A stretch of DNA of 63,664 bases, the filler included, from Diploschistes diacapsis (Eukaryota): the NCBI GenBank assembly GCA_023645945.1. It is 18 parts of 18 records of this genome, joined end to end, with 100 filler letters (N's around TTAATTAATTAA, not from the genome) between each part and the next. Parts side by side here need not be neighbours in the genome. Positions count along the whole stretch, not along the records: positions 20,712 to 41,296 come from JALAIB010000337.1; 17 more parts are not named here. The stretch is one strand, 5' to 3'. Below the pieces are notes generated by a model. It saw nothing but the letters and a program-made list of their open reading frames with translations, made no database searches and was not told where the DNA came from. The position numbers were made by a program, and so were the translations under genes. The number at the start of each line of letters is the position of its first letter. Within the stretch, counting starts at the first letter, position 1. This document shows, piece after piece, positions 20,822-33,400 of the stretch.

Positions 20822-23173
20822 TCACCCATCTCCCCCTGTTCCTCCACCACCACCACCTCTCTCTGCGTCCGCGTAAGCCCTCTCAATGTCCTCCTGATAC
20901 CTCCCCAGCGTAAGCTGTCTCTGCGTCGTGCCCTTGCCGGCTCTGTGCATGGGGCTCGCGGGGTCGGCGAGGATGAGCAGCTCCCTGTTTACTCGCATGT
21001 GCGGTGGGAATAGACCGTTGACTGTTTGGACGGCGGACCAGAGGCGTTCGTATGTCTCGGTCGGCGTGGGCGTGGGGGTTCGCTGGACATCGCTCATGCC
21101 GTCCGTGTCGCCCAAACGGCGCCTGGCTGCTAGGTTCTCATGCCGGTGTGCGGGTTTCGCTTCCGAGTGGAGCCGATCCGTGCTATTCGCTAGTTTCGTG
21201 GTTATGTGGTCGCCGCTCGGTACCCCGTTTCCATTCCCGTCGTCGCTCGGGTCTGCTTCGTCGTCGTTCCCGTCTCTCAGCTCGATCAACAGACCCGGCT
21301 GGCTCCTCCCATGCCCGAACAACAGCACTCCTTCCACGTCCTGGCTCGCGGCAAGCACCCCGTGCTCGTAGGGAACGGGGTTTATTATCTGTCCGGTGCT
21401 CAGCGTGAAAAGGTCGTCGACCCGCGCTCTCAGCAGCCACAGGCCAGGCTTCGTCGGATGCGGCGACCAGAGATCTCTTGTATGGTACTCCAAGGCGTGG
21501 GGGAAGAAGGCGAACGCTGGTTGCAGTGGCGCTTGCGAGTCCTCGTTGGGGGCTTGACGTTTACCAGCGGGTGCAACGTTGAAATAGTCGGGATGGGGTT
21601 CGTTTACGTCCGTGTGTTTGGTGGTAATGAAGCCAGGGCCAAAGGGACTGCAGGGGCTCGAAGGGCCGCTGGTGTTGCGAGCTATTACAAGCTCGTACAT
21701 GTCGCCCATATAGTGCCGCATTTGGGACCCAATGGAGGGATGAAAGCGGACGTAGTTCCAATTTCCAAGAGCTAATCGGTCAGGCCGTGCTATCTTTGCT
21801 GGAGTATAGTAGGCATGGACTCTGTTACCGGATTGTCGCTCATAGCTCCAGGCAGCATCGTCGAAGGCCTCGAGATCATTGCAGTTACTATGACCGTTTG
21901 TGCCGTCGCTCCTGTGTCGGATGGCTGCAGCAAGACCAATCTCGGATGCTCCATACTGATCCACCAACCGTAATTTCGAAGCTACGACGTTGCCTAGTGC
22001 CTCCGGTATTGTGCCGCCACAGTACATGAGCAGCTTTACTCGATGCCGTACAAATTCCAGCCTGCGAGGTTCTCTGGCCAGAGTGACCACAATGGAAGGA
22101 GCCAGGAAGGCAACGTCAGCGGTAGTGGCCCGTAAGCCTTGGATAAAGCTGTTCGTGGTTGGCACATTGGTGTCTGGAGTACTTATGATCACCGTACCAT
22201 TTGGGATTGCATTAAAGAGGTGATTGACGATGTAGGCACCCTGCATTAATTGCCTTGTCAGTGGCCGACTTCTTAGGCTCGCGGAGAGAGAGCGAAGAAG
22301 CACGAGGAGAGAGAATATGCTCGATGGAAGCAACGAAACGCATTGAATATCTTACATTGTATGGAGGAAACGTCAAGAAGACCCTCTGCCTTTGAAAGAT
22401 TGAGGCCTGGCTCTCAAAGCCTGGGGGAGGCTCGAGGTTCGCCTGTCTGATATAGGCCGACGCAAAGTCGTGCGTCCATACTATGGGCTTCGGAAGCCCG
22501 GCGGACCCCGAGGTATGCCTGTGGGTCGGATTGAGCGTCAACGCGCAGGGCGATTGTACTAATTTGCTTACAAGGCTACCAGAGGCTCCGTACGCGCCTG
22601 CTCAAAGGTCCTGTCGAAGGGGTACAAGGGGTGCCGTTTACGGAGAAGGTCGGCAACGCTCGGAGCCTCCACGACTCGAGGCTTGACAGTGTCCAAGGCA
22701 ACATCGGCAAGGCATATGTTCGATTTACCGGTGATTACGGTTCTGCATTCGAGTAGTCTAAAGAGATTGACCTGAGCAGCGGCAAGATTGTGGGGACAGA
22801 CGAAGAAAATCTAAGGGACATTATTAGTTCTATGCGCTGGCGCAAACGTGCTTAGGCTTTGACGGCGACCTACCAAATAACCAGCCTTGGCTGCTCCGAG
22901 GGTGAAAGCTGTATATCTCAAATCGTTAGGCCCTATATACGCAAGAGTTTCGAAATCCTTCCCGCGGCCAAGCGTTGCTTCCAGCCACCACGCCACGGCA
23001 TTGACAGCGTTGGCCAAAACGCCATAGGTGACCTTGTGAATGCCCTCATCATAGCTGTCGTGTGATACTGGAAACTCCGCAAACAGAGCATGAGGAGTCG
23101 TTTTGGCCAAGTGATCGACTCGGTGAATAAGCAAGTGTTCCTCGGGATGTGAGTCGCCGGTTATGCTCGCCAT
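20822..23173 (-). CDS. Stand-alone adenylate-forming enzyme (NRPS-like/carboxylic-acid-reductase-type A domain) without T or R domains; ~706 aa, 4 exons
   Basis: Exons 23173-22874, 22810-22572, 22518-22356, 22240-20822 (2121 nt, in frame). Motifs: ETLAYIGPNDLRY, HTSGSAGLPKP (A3), QYGASEIG (A5), YHTRDLWSPHPTKP (A7), RVDDLFTLSTGQ (A8), RAGKGT (A10). Stop follows ~30 codons after A10. Confidence 0.85.
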
Positions 23174-24069
23174 GGAGTACGAACGGAAACGGAGCCGCGC
23201 AACTTGGTGTGGCTAGAAAGATACAGAAGGATTCGAGGCGCAGCGACTCGAGAATAGACACACAACAGGCTTTGGTTGATGATCATCGCTTGCCAGAGTA
23301 TGAAAATTTGGTTCCAGATACCTTACTCCCTTGACAAAGTAGGGGGTTTGCTCCGATCTGCTGGCCCGGCCGGGGAGGAGTGAAGCTTAGCGTCCACGTT
23401 GTAGTTGCGTCTTTAGCAGCGCGCACCACGCTCTGGGTGACACCCTGTCTCATCTTCAATTTTCTCGCCCGTTTTGCACTGGATATCGTAATCATCTCCA
23501 ACGGTAGATCTGGCTCAGCGACATAAAGTTAAATGTGACAATATCCAGTTCTGAGGATAGCAGTAGTCCAGGTTGTGATTGATAGAGGGTATCTAGTAAA
23601 TACTAAAAGAAAAGTGTATGTTGCCAAGATTGAAAACTCTGCCTTCCTACTACCCTGTCTCGCAGGATCCCAAGAAGTTGACATCGGTTACGAGAATTTT
23701 GCTATTTTGCTCTACCATGGTGGGCAGCATGTAATCTATAGTTACCCAAAGGCACTACCATGGAAGCAAGGCTGCTCAAGAAAAGCATTGACTGTAGAAT
23801 CATATCTAATAATACAGTAATTATCGTAATCCTAGATCTCGTGAGAGTTTGAAAGATGTATTCCATCAGAGTGCAGTTGTCGGAACTCGTAAACATCATT
23901 ATCGGAGTGCTGGAAACAGTAACCCCCTCTGGCGGCGCCCATGCCTGTCCGCCCTTCTTTTGAGCGCCTCTTCGCTTGTCGGATTGCCGCCATAAAACAC
24001 GAATTAAAATAATGTACAGGGACAGATGCGGCCCAGAAAGATAGAGGACTTTGATAATCCGCCACGTCT

Positions 24070-25388
24070 TCAATCCCCGTTCGACGCAACACTGGAGGCA
24101 TGAGAGTTTACCGCTATTTCCGTCGTTATGGCGTGGGGCATCTGTTTCAGAGGCGTTGCCATGCCGTACGGGTTGGATGATGCATGCGCCTTCGACGAAC
24201 CGTTCGAAAGCTTGGCGTGGGACCTCTGGCCGGAGCGCGAGTGCGATGCGTAGCTCTGCCAGCGATCCTGGAAGGACTCGATGAGCCGCCTCGGGTAGAG
24301 GAAGACGAGCGCTTGTCGGCTGGCGACGACCGAGGCGCACATCACCGTGACGTTGCCTTCCACGGCGGACCAAACAGCGGCCGGAACAATGTCCCCTACC
24401 ATGCCGTTAAACACGAATAGCGCTGGATTCAACATTGCGCAACTCACAGGTGCCGTCGAGGATCGGGTAGAAAAGGGTACTGTAACGGATGCAGCTGACA
24501 ATGCATGTCCTAGTGGACCATTAGCAGCCGTTTGGAGGGGTGAGGCAGCGAGAGACCTACAGAATGCCAATGAGGAACAGCGCCATCAATCCGTACTTCT
24601 GCGGCTTGGACACCTGAAGCTGTCGCAGCATCGGAATAGGGCAGACCAGGATGGCAAAGTCGGTGACGATCCATGGTATCGGAGTTCCCAAATCGAATGC
24701 CTGCTGGTTTCCACACTTGGCGACGGCGTGAGCTGCCGGATCCCAATGCGAGCTGAGCGGTTCGCAGATGAAGATCTCGCCCAGGATCTCCGCAATCCAC
24801 CATACTGCTACGATGCCGCCGAGAGCGCCGACGGCCATTCGGAAGCTTCGCGAGGGGAAGATGTGATGAAGAAGCAAGAGAAGGGAGATTTTGGTAAGGG
24901 CCAGGCCTGTCGGTAGTAGAAAGGCGGAAGCGAAGAAAGCCTATGCAACTGTTAGAGCAGCCTCGGACCTGACACCATCTTATTGTGCATACCTTCTGAA
25001 AGCTGATGATCTGAGGTAGAGTCAATGCCCCGAGATGGTAACCAAGGCCAAAGTTGATAGCTGTCGCCGAGCGTTAGCGCTCGGATGCCGTCCACTTTAC
25101 GGTGCACCAGCACATACCGTATCCGATCATGATACTCTCGCCCATGATGCAGGCCTTTGAACCAGTCAGCGGCGGTCAAGACCAAGCGCTATCTGCATGA
25201 CATACCCAAGCAGCGATAAGCACAAAGTCATCTGCGGCGAGTCCGCGACGGCTGACGGCTTTTGCCCATAACCTCGTAACCAGCATCAATGTCGAAAGGA
25301 CGCACAATACGGAGACGACGGTGACAATCTCGACGTTATGGTTTTGCGCGAGCTCCGCCGGTGACAAGGCAGCAGCGCCTGAAGACAT
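24070..25388 (-). CDS. PTH11-like (fungal rhodopsin-domain/SAT4-like) 7TM integral membrane protein, no CFEM domain; ~351 aa, 6 exons
   Basis: Exons 25388-25206, 25154-25118, 25060-24993, 24940-24561, 24509-24448, 24395-24070 (1056 nt). Family motifs: TRLW..GLAADDF, GLGYH, TKISLL..IF, FICEPLSSHWD..C, TDFAILVCPIP, SCIR, WSAVEGNVTVMCAS. Confidence 0.88.
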
Positions 25389-25790
25389 GATTATTGCCAG
25401 GTAAAGAGAAGGGAATGACTGGCGAAAGAAGCGTTGGAACTAGAGGAATGGAAAGCTACGCCAATATAACCGGGAGACTCCTTCGCTTGCAGGCCCCAAA
25501 TGAAAGGCCAGGGCAAAACCGTGTGTAAGAGGCTTTGAATTGTGGGCGTGCAACGTGGCTTCGAAGCAAGCAATGCCGGTCCCTGCACTATGGCCCGTTA
25601 CGGACCGTGGAAGTCATGGCGGTTCAGGGTGCAGGGAAGTAGCACCAAAGGAGCTCCCTCGCAATGGGAACGAGATACGAATACTCCGTAGTGTGACATG
25701 GGCAGTAGGATTGAGGTTTCGTGGACCGATTCGACCAAGGCCCGTCCCACTGCGGCATGGACAACGCCTTACTGTTGGTACGCTTCGGGG

Positions 25791-25828
25791 CTCTCTCTCT
25801 CTCTCTCTCTCCCTCTCTTTCTCTCTCT
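25791..25828 (+). repeat. (CT)n microsatellite
   Basis: Imperfect ctctct... run seen directly. Confidence 0.85.
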
Positions 25829-26262
25829 TATGTTCTGTGGACAAAAGAAGCTTCCTTGCTCTACCGAGCCCCAGTGAGTATTCCACAGCAAGCAGACCGC
25901 CATGCGGATTCTGCACAGTCCACGAGACTTAGGGGCAGCAAACGTGAATCATGATGCGAGCGCATGAAACCATCGGTCCCCTTGGGCTCTGCATGCCAGT
26001 ACCGACTACCCGATCGAGGAGCAAGGGAGGGATTGCCATGCCCTGTCTTTCCCACCCCAAAAGACGCAAGGTCTTTGGCCGAGGCATTAGCGAGAGAACT
26101 TGAGCTCTGCCACGTGGAATGAGGATCTTTGTTCATTCGTGGTGGAGCGTTACTTTGCAGTTTCTCCTCAGGGGCAAGATGTAGGAAGTGGCTTGCCTTG
26201 TCCAATGTAGAATATCGATATCAATATTACAAGAAAAACAGATTAACCGAGCCATGCAATGC

Positions 26263-26341
26263 GTAACATAACATAATGTAACGTAATGTAAAGTAATGTA
26301 ACGGTACGTAGCAACGTAGTAGCAGCCTAACGTAATCGTAT
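26263..26341 (+). repeat. Degenerate (TAACG/TAATG)n pentanucleotide repeat
   Basis: taacataacataatgtaacgtaatgtaaagtaatgtaacg... seen directly. Confidence 0.7.
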
Positions 26342-26902
26342 CGTGTGGTTGCGACGATGCATGCAGCAGAGCAGGCACTTGAAGTATGAGATGATTCACA
26401 CACACTTGGTAGCGCACACAAGTTCATGTCACGTGATAACGTCTTTTATTATGTAATCTGAATTTCAGTTGTTCTCAATACATTTTAGAGTTAACTTTCA
26501 GAGCTTAATGCGTCGCTTTAATATCATCGTTCTTGCGACGGTGTCAGCTGTGGCTCGTATATGCCGTGCATACAAATTACTATGGGAACTATATATGAAC
26601 TAAACGGCTTGGCAGGCACACTATATGTGGACAGGGTGGGGAGCAGGTGGTGCTACTGAAACCATCTCGACTTTTTATACACTTGTTTTACTTTAGGGCG
26701 CCCCCCAGACCGAAAGAAGGGGACGATCCTACATCCGAAGATGAAAAGAAGAAGATGGAGAGGATCGAAATGAAAATAAAGATGAACGTACGGTACGGCG
26801 GCAAGTGCTTACGCCTACAGTCCTACTCCGCGTGCACTGAGATCGCTTCTGGTTGACAATAGTCTCAATGGAAGGTTTTGTGGCTTGCTGTCAGCCCGCC
26901 CA

Positions 26903-26940
26903 TCAGTCAGTCAGTCAGCCAGTCAGTCAGTCAATCAGTC
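26903..26940 (+). repeat. (TCAG)n tetranucleotide microsatellite
   Basis: tcagtcagtcagtcagccagtcagtcagtcaatcagtc seen directly. Confidence 0.8.
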
Positions 26941-27802
26941 GGGAAATCAAAGGAGCAGGGCCCACCGCATCAAGAGCGGCTGTTGCTCTCCCACAACTCC
27001 CCGGTCTCCACCGTTTGCAAAGCGGGTTTTTTGTCAAAGAGGATGGGGGAAACAAGTCCCCTTCCCCCCCCCTTTTCCCCTTATCTTCCGGACTATAATA
27101 GCGACCCCTAAATTCCTGACAGCCATGATTAATTTCCGAGTCGTGATTGGCTCGAAGGATCTACCGTTTCAGAGATAACTCCATGGCTAAAGCCAGATAT
27201 GGATGTACTACAGGATACCCAGGGAGCAGAAGAAAAAAGGTGCCTTGTACGGCGGAGGCTATGAAGGGAAATGATGGCGCAAATCGCTACTTGTGATTTC
27301 CGAAGCATAAGGGCCTGAAAGTATGCACAGTTGAGCTTCTTTCTCCCCCCTCTGTTACTGGAGCGTTACACGCAAACGGAATCAAGTCAGTGATGAAGTC
27401 ACTGCGTCGGTCCAGATCCTACACAGAAAACCGAAGTTTGGAAGAAATTGCAGGTCAAGCGTATTGTGTCTTGACTACGGTTCGCGATTTCTGTAACCTT
27501 TTCATGCAGCAAGGAGACTGACCAGGACCTCTGCCGTGCCGTGCCGATGAGTTCTGCCCCCCGAGAGCTTAAGCTGCAATATATCTCAAGCGATGGCTCG
27601 AGCTTTGGCAGAACACATGCAAAGCGCGAGGTCGGAAGCCATGTACTCCTCGAGTACGTGCCGCAGCATTGACTTGATCTTAAAGTATTGATTAGGCATT
27701 AGTATTAGAAGCGATAGTCTCTTGCCCTTCTAGTATGTAATTTGTTTCCCCACCATTACCGTATGTACATACGCCCTTTGACATTTGATGCGGTCCACGC
27801 CA

Positions 27803-29194
27803 TCAAGGAGTTTCGTAAAGTTGTGTCGCTAGACTCAGGAACCAATTGAGTTCGGGCTGTAGAGCCTCCACTGGCCTTGCGTGGTAGGATCCGGTAATGT
27901 TGGAGCTGCCTGCAGGTACTCCGGCAAACCGGTCTGCGATCCAGCCCATCCACGTCGGTTGCGACGCTTGCAGGGCCGGCACGTGTGAGACGTTGGGAAG
28001 CTTGAGGAAGTCTATTTGAGACTGCGGAAAGGCCTTCAGCGTTGCGTGCACCGCTTCGTTGGTCAAACCGAAGTTGAGCAGAGGATCGGCTTCTCCGTGA
28101 GCCACGAACATGGGGCCTCCGATTGCCTTGCCTCCGTTGAGAGCATTCTGCTGGTATTTCTGAACGTACGGGTTCGACTGCCAGTTTGGCACAAGCGGAA
28201 GAGCGGTCAGCGCCCCAGCCAGGTAGTCCGCAAGAGCACTGCAGCCACCGCACGAGAGCAACTGGTCGATCACGGCTTGGCCAGCCGGAGTAAGAATGTC
28301 GCTGGTCTGGAATCCCGGCAAGGCAGCAGCTATGCCGGGCGCGGTAGCAGCTCCGAGAAGCTCGGCGACGGAAGTGGTGAGTTCGAGAAAGTTTGTCACA
28401 GGTGATATTGCAACGGCACCCAGATAGCCATCGGCTGGTGACACGGCCTGTCTCTGTGCCGAGGCCCACGCTGCACCCGCTCCTTGAGAGTGTCCCATGA
28501 CCACGTAGTCTTTCGATAGGAGCGGAAAGGCTTCGCGTGCAGCTTGTACGGAGTAGTAAATATCGTTGGCAGCCGCGGGACTGTTGAGGTACTGATGGAC
28601 AATGGGCTGACCGAGGGCATTCTTGGGCACACCCAGCCCCGCGTAGTCTGTTGCCACCACGACGTACCCGTTCGCAGACAGCATGAATGGAGCGAGGAAA
28701 TGTTGCCAGAGGTCTCTGATATGCGAAGGCGCGCAATCGGCGGCGAATCCGCTGGTCCCGTGGCCCCATGCAACGACCTGGTATCCATCGGGATTTCTTC
28801 GTGGCGCATATGGCCAAAGAACGTATGCTGAGACCGGCACGGCAAGACCATTAGAGTCTGTGGATTGGTAGATGAAGCGCGACAGAGCTGATGTGGGTGG
28901 AAGTTCATATAACGACGTATTGGTCTGTCTCTCACTCTTGATGATGGAGCCGGGAGAAGTAATCGTTGCGTTCGGCGGAAGCTCGGAGTAGAACGGATCG
29001 TCAGCGACAACACCGTTGACGTAGTTTGACTGCTCATATGCTAGAGCTGCAGCTGCAGATTCCGTGAGATTACAAGCAGTATTCGGCCTGGCTTGAAGTT
29101 CAGCCGCCACGTATGACGGTGTCCAGCCCACACTCCGAGCGCTGGCAATCGCTGTTACCAAGCATGCCGCCGTGAGCGCAACTACCTTGATCAT
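27803..29194 (-). CDS. Secreted lipase (LIP / CAL-A-like alpha/beta hydrolase), 463 aa, single exon
   Basis: Signal peptide MIKVVALTAACLVTAIASA. Motifs AWGHGTSG..DCAPS, VVATDYAGLG, nucleophile GHSQG, acid HGEADP, and candidate catalytic His in NVSHV. Confidence 0.9.
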   Translation of the reverse strand: MIKVVALTAACLVTAIASARSVGWTPSYVAAELQARPNTACNLTESAAAALAYEQSNYVNGVVADDPFYSELPPNATITSPGSIIKSERQTNTSLYELPPTSALSRFIYQSTDSNGLAVPVSAYVLWPYAPRRNPDGYQVVAWGHGTSGFAADCAPSHIRDLWQHFLAPFMLSANGYVVVATDYAGLGVPKNALGQPIVHQYLNSPAAANDIYYSVQAAREAFPLLSKDYVVMGHSQGAGAAWASAQRQAVSPADGYLGAVAISPVTNFLELTTSVAELLGAATAPGIAAALPGFQTSDILTPAGQAVIDQLLSCGGCSALADYLAGALTALPLVPNWQSNPYVQKYQQNALNGGKAIGGPMFVAHGEADPLLNFGLTNEAVHATLKAFPQSQIDFLKLPNVSHVPALQASQPTWMGWIADRFAGVPAGSSNITGSYHARPVEALQPELNWFLSLATQLYETP

Positions 29195-29418
29195 GATGAT
29201 AGAGAGAGGCGGAAGACAGCGCGCTCAACAAGAACAACAAAGCATTGAGATGGAAGTGTAAATATCAAAATATCGAGCAAAAGGAGAGCACACGAGAGCC
29301 AGGTGATGAAGAGAAGCTTCTCTAAACTGCTACAATGATATAGGACCGACTCAAACCTGGATGGGGGAAATTATGCAGTTGGGCAAGTAGCGCACCACCA
29401 GTCTAGTCTACAGCTAAT

Positions 29419-29468
29419 GGGGAATAGCGGGGCATAGCGGGGAATAGCGGGGAATAGCGGAGAACAGC
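29419..29468. promoter_or_regulatory. Five tandem 10-bp repeats (GGGGAATAGC) creating four SYGGRG CreA-consensus sites in the lipase/PKS divergent region
   Basis: GCGGGG at 29427, 29437, 29447 and GCGGAG at 29457. The repeat is seen directly; the CreA role is inferred from the consensus match. Confidence 0.5.
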
Positions 29469-29745
29469 AGCATAGTATCGGATGGACTTAGCTTGCCGCA
29501 GGTAGTTGCTCTTCTGGGCAGGTGCGAATGCCAAGAGGCCCCTGATACAGTAATATTAGCCTTAGTAAGACACGACGGATGCAACCGAAACTACCTCTGG
29601 CCCGTGGTCAATGTCAGCTGCCTCAACACAAGGAGTAATGTGGAGTAATGTAATGTGCTAACACCTGGACACCCCGCCACCACTCAACGGGCCTAGCGCG
29701 GTTCAATTTTTAGTATAGAGCAGGCTGCCCCTATAGAACACCGCC

Positions 29746-30020
29746 CTAATCAGCGCTAACCTTTTTTCTGGAAGGTTACTTCGTACAATGCAGTTATCTT
29801 GTTTTATTTTAAATTATAAACAAGACCTATGCTTGGAGCAACAGAAGTCGTAGATATATTTCGTAGATGGTTTTTTTAGATGAGCTACGCAATCTACTTT
29901 CTGCTCAGTAAGAACTACCCCCTAGAATAAAGGTTATCGCTGATTAGTGTGGCGCATGCCATACAAAAAAGGCCCCTGCGCACACTAATCTAACCTTTAT
30001 TCTGGGGGGGTACTTCGTAG
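29746..30020. repeat. Three ~40-bp copies in alternating orientation (fold-back or MITE-like remnant)
   Basis: Copy 1 29746-29786 CTAATCAGCGCTAACCTTTTTTCTGGAAGGTTACTTCGTAC; copy 2 inverted at 29908-29947 (rc CTAATCAGCGATAACCTTTATTCTAGGGGGTAGTTCTTAC); copy 3 direct at 29985-30020 (CTAATC-TAACCTTTATTCTGGGGGGGTACTTCGTAG). Confidence 0.75.
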
Positions 30021-30446
30021 GAAGGACAGGAGCTAGCTAGTACCATACCAGCTAGTAGTTACTACAGATTTTACTTTTCCCTCATCAGACTTCAGTACCT
30101 GCCTGCTTTGTCAGCATCAGAGATCTAAAATGGCAATGCGGGGTGGACCAATCTCTTACCTTTGGACCGCTTACAACTCGGTTATTAGCGATAAACGGCC
30201 ACAATCACCCGCTCTTACAGTAGATAGTAGATGCAAGGTATCTGAGCCCCAAAAGTTGCCATGGCTCGCACTAAGAAAATTGCGCTGCACGAAAAGCCGC
30301 ATCTCTTGAAGGGTTTTAATGGAGAAGAGGGTCTTATGTTTGATAACACTCTTGGGTTACAGCATGGGATATCTTCGAATCGTGGTACTGGTAGCTAAGC
30401 CTCGTCCTCAAATACTCAAAGTGAGGCCATAAACCTATAGCGCTTC

Positions 30447-33400
30447 ATGGCCGATCAAGCTCCGATTCCAATCGCCATCATCGGCGTTGGCTGTCGCTTT
30501 CCTGGTGGTGCTAATGATACTGAAAAGCTGTGGTCTCTACTAGCAGAAGGTCGAAGTGCTTGGACAGACGTGCCGAAGGATCGGTTCAACTGGGAGGCAT
30601 TCTACCACCCAAACGCCGACGTCAATGGCACGCTCAACCATCGTGGAGGTCACTTCCTCGATCAGGACATCCGTGCATTCGATGCAGAGTTCTTTGGTAT
30701 CTCGCCTGTTGAAGCTCAGGCGATAGATCCACAGCACCGGATACAGCTTGAGACAGCATACGAAGCCCTGGAGAATGCGGGCATCCCTATCGGGAGTGTT
30801 CGGGGTACGGATACCGCAGTCTACGTTGCCGTTTTCAGCCGTGACTATGATCGGATTCAATACAGTGATCCACAGAACTTTGCTCAATACACTATGCTAG
30901 GGACTGGTGACGCTATCGCATCAAATAGAATTAGCTACGTGTTCGACCTGAAGGGTCCCTCTATAACGCTGGATACGGGGTGCTCTGGGAGCTTGGTAGC
31001 TTTGCATCAAGCGTGTCAAAGCCTACGTACGAAAGAGTCGGGGATGGCCCTCGTAGGTGGAACCAATTTGATTTTGAGTCCAGATGCCATGATTCCAATG
31101 AGTCTGCTCCAGTCTGTAGGCATCTTATATCCAATTGAGCCTTGGACGTTGACTAATACGTGCCTCAAGTATACTCAATCCTGATGGCAAATGCTATTCC
31201 TTCGACAGCCGCGGATCTGGTTATGGCAGGGGAGAAGGTGTTGCTACAGTTGTGCTCAAGCGTCTGGATGACGCACTGAGTGCCGGCGACCCCGTACGTG
31301 CTGTAATTTGCCAGACGGGCGTCAATCAGGACGGTCGAACGAAGGGGATCACTCTCCCCAGCCAAACGGCCCAGCAAAGCTTGATGGGCCAAGTGTATAG
31401 GTCAGCTGGTATCGAACCTCAAGACATAGGGTACTTTGAAGTAGGTTAAGACTCGACTCCCATGAGGGGAGATCGGTAGATAATATAGCGCTTACTTACC
31501 CTAGTGAACAGACACACGGAACCGGCACTGTTGCTGGGGACCGCATAGAGGTTGAAGCAATCGAGAGTATATTCTGTACGCAGCAACCGCGGGATTCTCC
31601 GTTGTTCCTCGGGTCCATCAAAGCAAATATCGGACATTGTGAAAGCTCCAGTGGCATTGCTGGCTTGATCAAGGCCGCACTTGTACTACAGAAGGGTCAG
31701 ATTCCGCCTAATGTGAATCTAAAGACTCTGAAGACAGAGTTGAATTTTGACAAAGTCACTTTAGAGGTGAGGCAGCGCATTTAGTATCGGAGCGAAAGGC
31801 TAAATGCTGCTCTAATAGGTCCCCACAGAACTACTCAAATGGCCGGCCACAGCTACCCGTCGAGCATCCGTGAACTCCTTCGGCTATGGTGGAACAAATG
31901 CCCATGCTGTACTGGAGCAGGCTCCAAAAAGCCTGGTATCACATGTCGCACACGGATATGGAGTAAATGGTGTTTCATCCGTTTGCTCGAGAGAGCCACA
32001 AGTGCCTGAACGTGTTTCTGACCGCATATCATCGACAAATGGGATGCATCTGGAGTCCCCGGAGAGCAAAGCGAAACTATCAGAGGACCTTGCAGTCAAT
32101 GGAGCTGAGGTACTGCGATCTCACTGTGGTGGGCTTGCCAACTCGAACCCTTTCGGCCGGCGCAAAGAACAACCGCAATTACTTGTCCTATCTGCGCGCT
32201 CGCAAACTTCGCTCAAGCAAGCAATAGGAGAATTCACGAATTGGGTCTCAAAGCATAAAATGAACGAGAAGGAAAGTATCGAAGATCTGGCTTACACCTT
32301 GTCGTGTCGACGGTCTCTGTTTGCTTGGAGATGCAGTTTGCTCGTAATGAACTTCGAGGAGCTTGCTCGGAATCTCAAGATTGAACCTCCGCAACCCCAC
32401 AAGTCATCATCAAACGTCCAGATCACTTTCGTATTCACCGGCCAAGGCTCCCAGTGGTTTGCGATGGGTCGAGAGCTAAACCAAACGTCCTCGACTTTCA
32501 GAAACTCTTTGGATCAATCGGACAAAGTTCTCCAGCTGCTCGGTGCGGAATGGAGTCTTTCAAACGAGCTTTCCAAGAGTGAGGCAGAAAGCTGTGTCAA
32601 TGAGAGTCAGATCGCCCAGCCAGGTACGACGGCCATACAAATTGCTCTTGTGGACTTGTTGCATAGTCTAAGCATCAAACCCTCTATTGTGCTAGGTCAT
32701 TCGAGTGGAGAGATAGCTGCAGCATACGCTGCTGGCATTCTTACACGGTCTGACGCTTTGAGGGTCGCCTACCAGCGTGGTTTCGCCTCGAAGCTCTCTG
32801 CCCTCGTCGTAACCTCTAGAGGAGCCATGCTGGCTGTTGGTCTTGGAGAGGCTCAAATTTTGGCCCATCTAGACCCAATGCAGAGTAAGAGGGTATCAAT
32901 AGCATGTGTGAACAGCCCCTCTAGCGTAACAGTATCCGGCGACGAGACTTGCATCGACGAGCTCAAGGATCGCCTAGATGGCCTGTCAATTTTCAATAGA
33001 AAGCTTCTGGTCGATACAGCCTACCACTCCCATCATATGAGCAAAATTGCAGATAAATATCAAGAGTCCCTTCAGCATCTCCGCTGGACTGACGCAACCC
33101 CGGGGATCAAGTTCATCTCCACAGTGACGGCGTCTGAGAAAAAGTCTAGCTTTGGCCCATCATACTGGACAGAGAACCTGGTGTCTACCGTACGCTTTTC
33201 AGATGCATTGGAAGCAATATGCCGGGACTCAAGCGCTTTCAAAAGCCCTAGTTGCACACGTGCCTTCCTTGAGATAGGCCCGCACAGTGCCCTGTCAGGA
33301 CCTATTAGACAAACCATTGCGGGACTGCAATCACGAGCTATTCAGTACTTCTATGCGTCTGCGCTGGTTCGAAAACACGATGCCGTTCGCACAGTCCTCG

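Noticed and set aside
27756..29037. 353-aa and 213-aa overlapping ORFs in the lipase
   Set aside because: Alternative frames of a GC-rich gene with Arg/Ser-rich non-protein-like composition.
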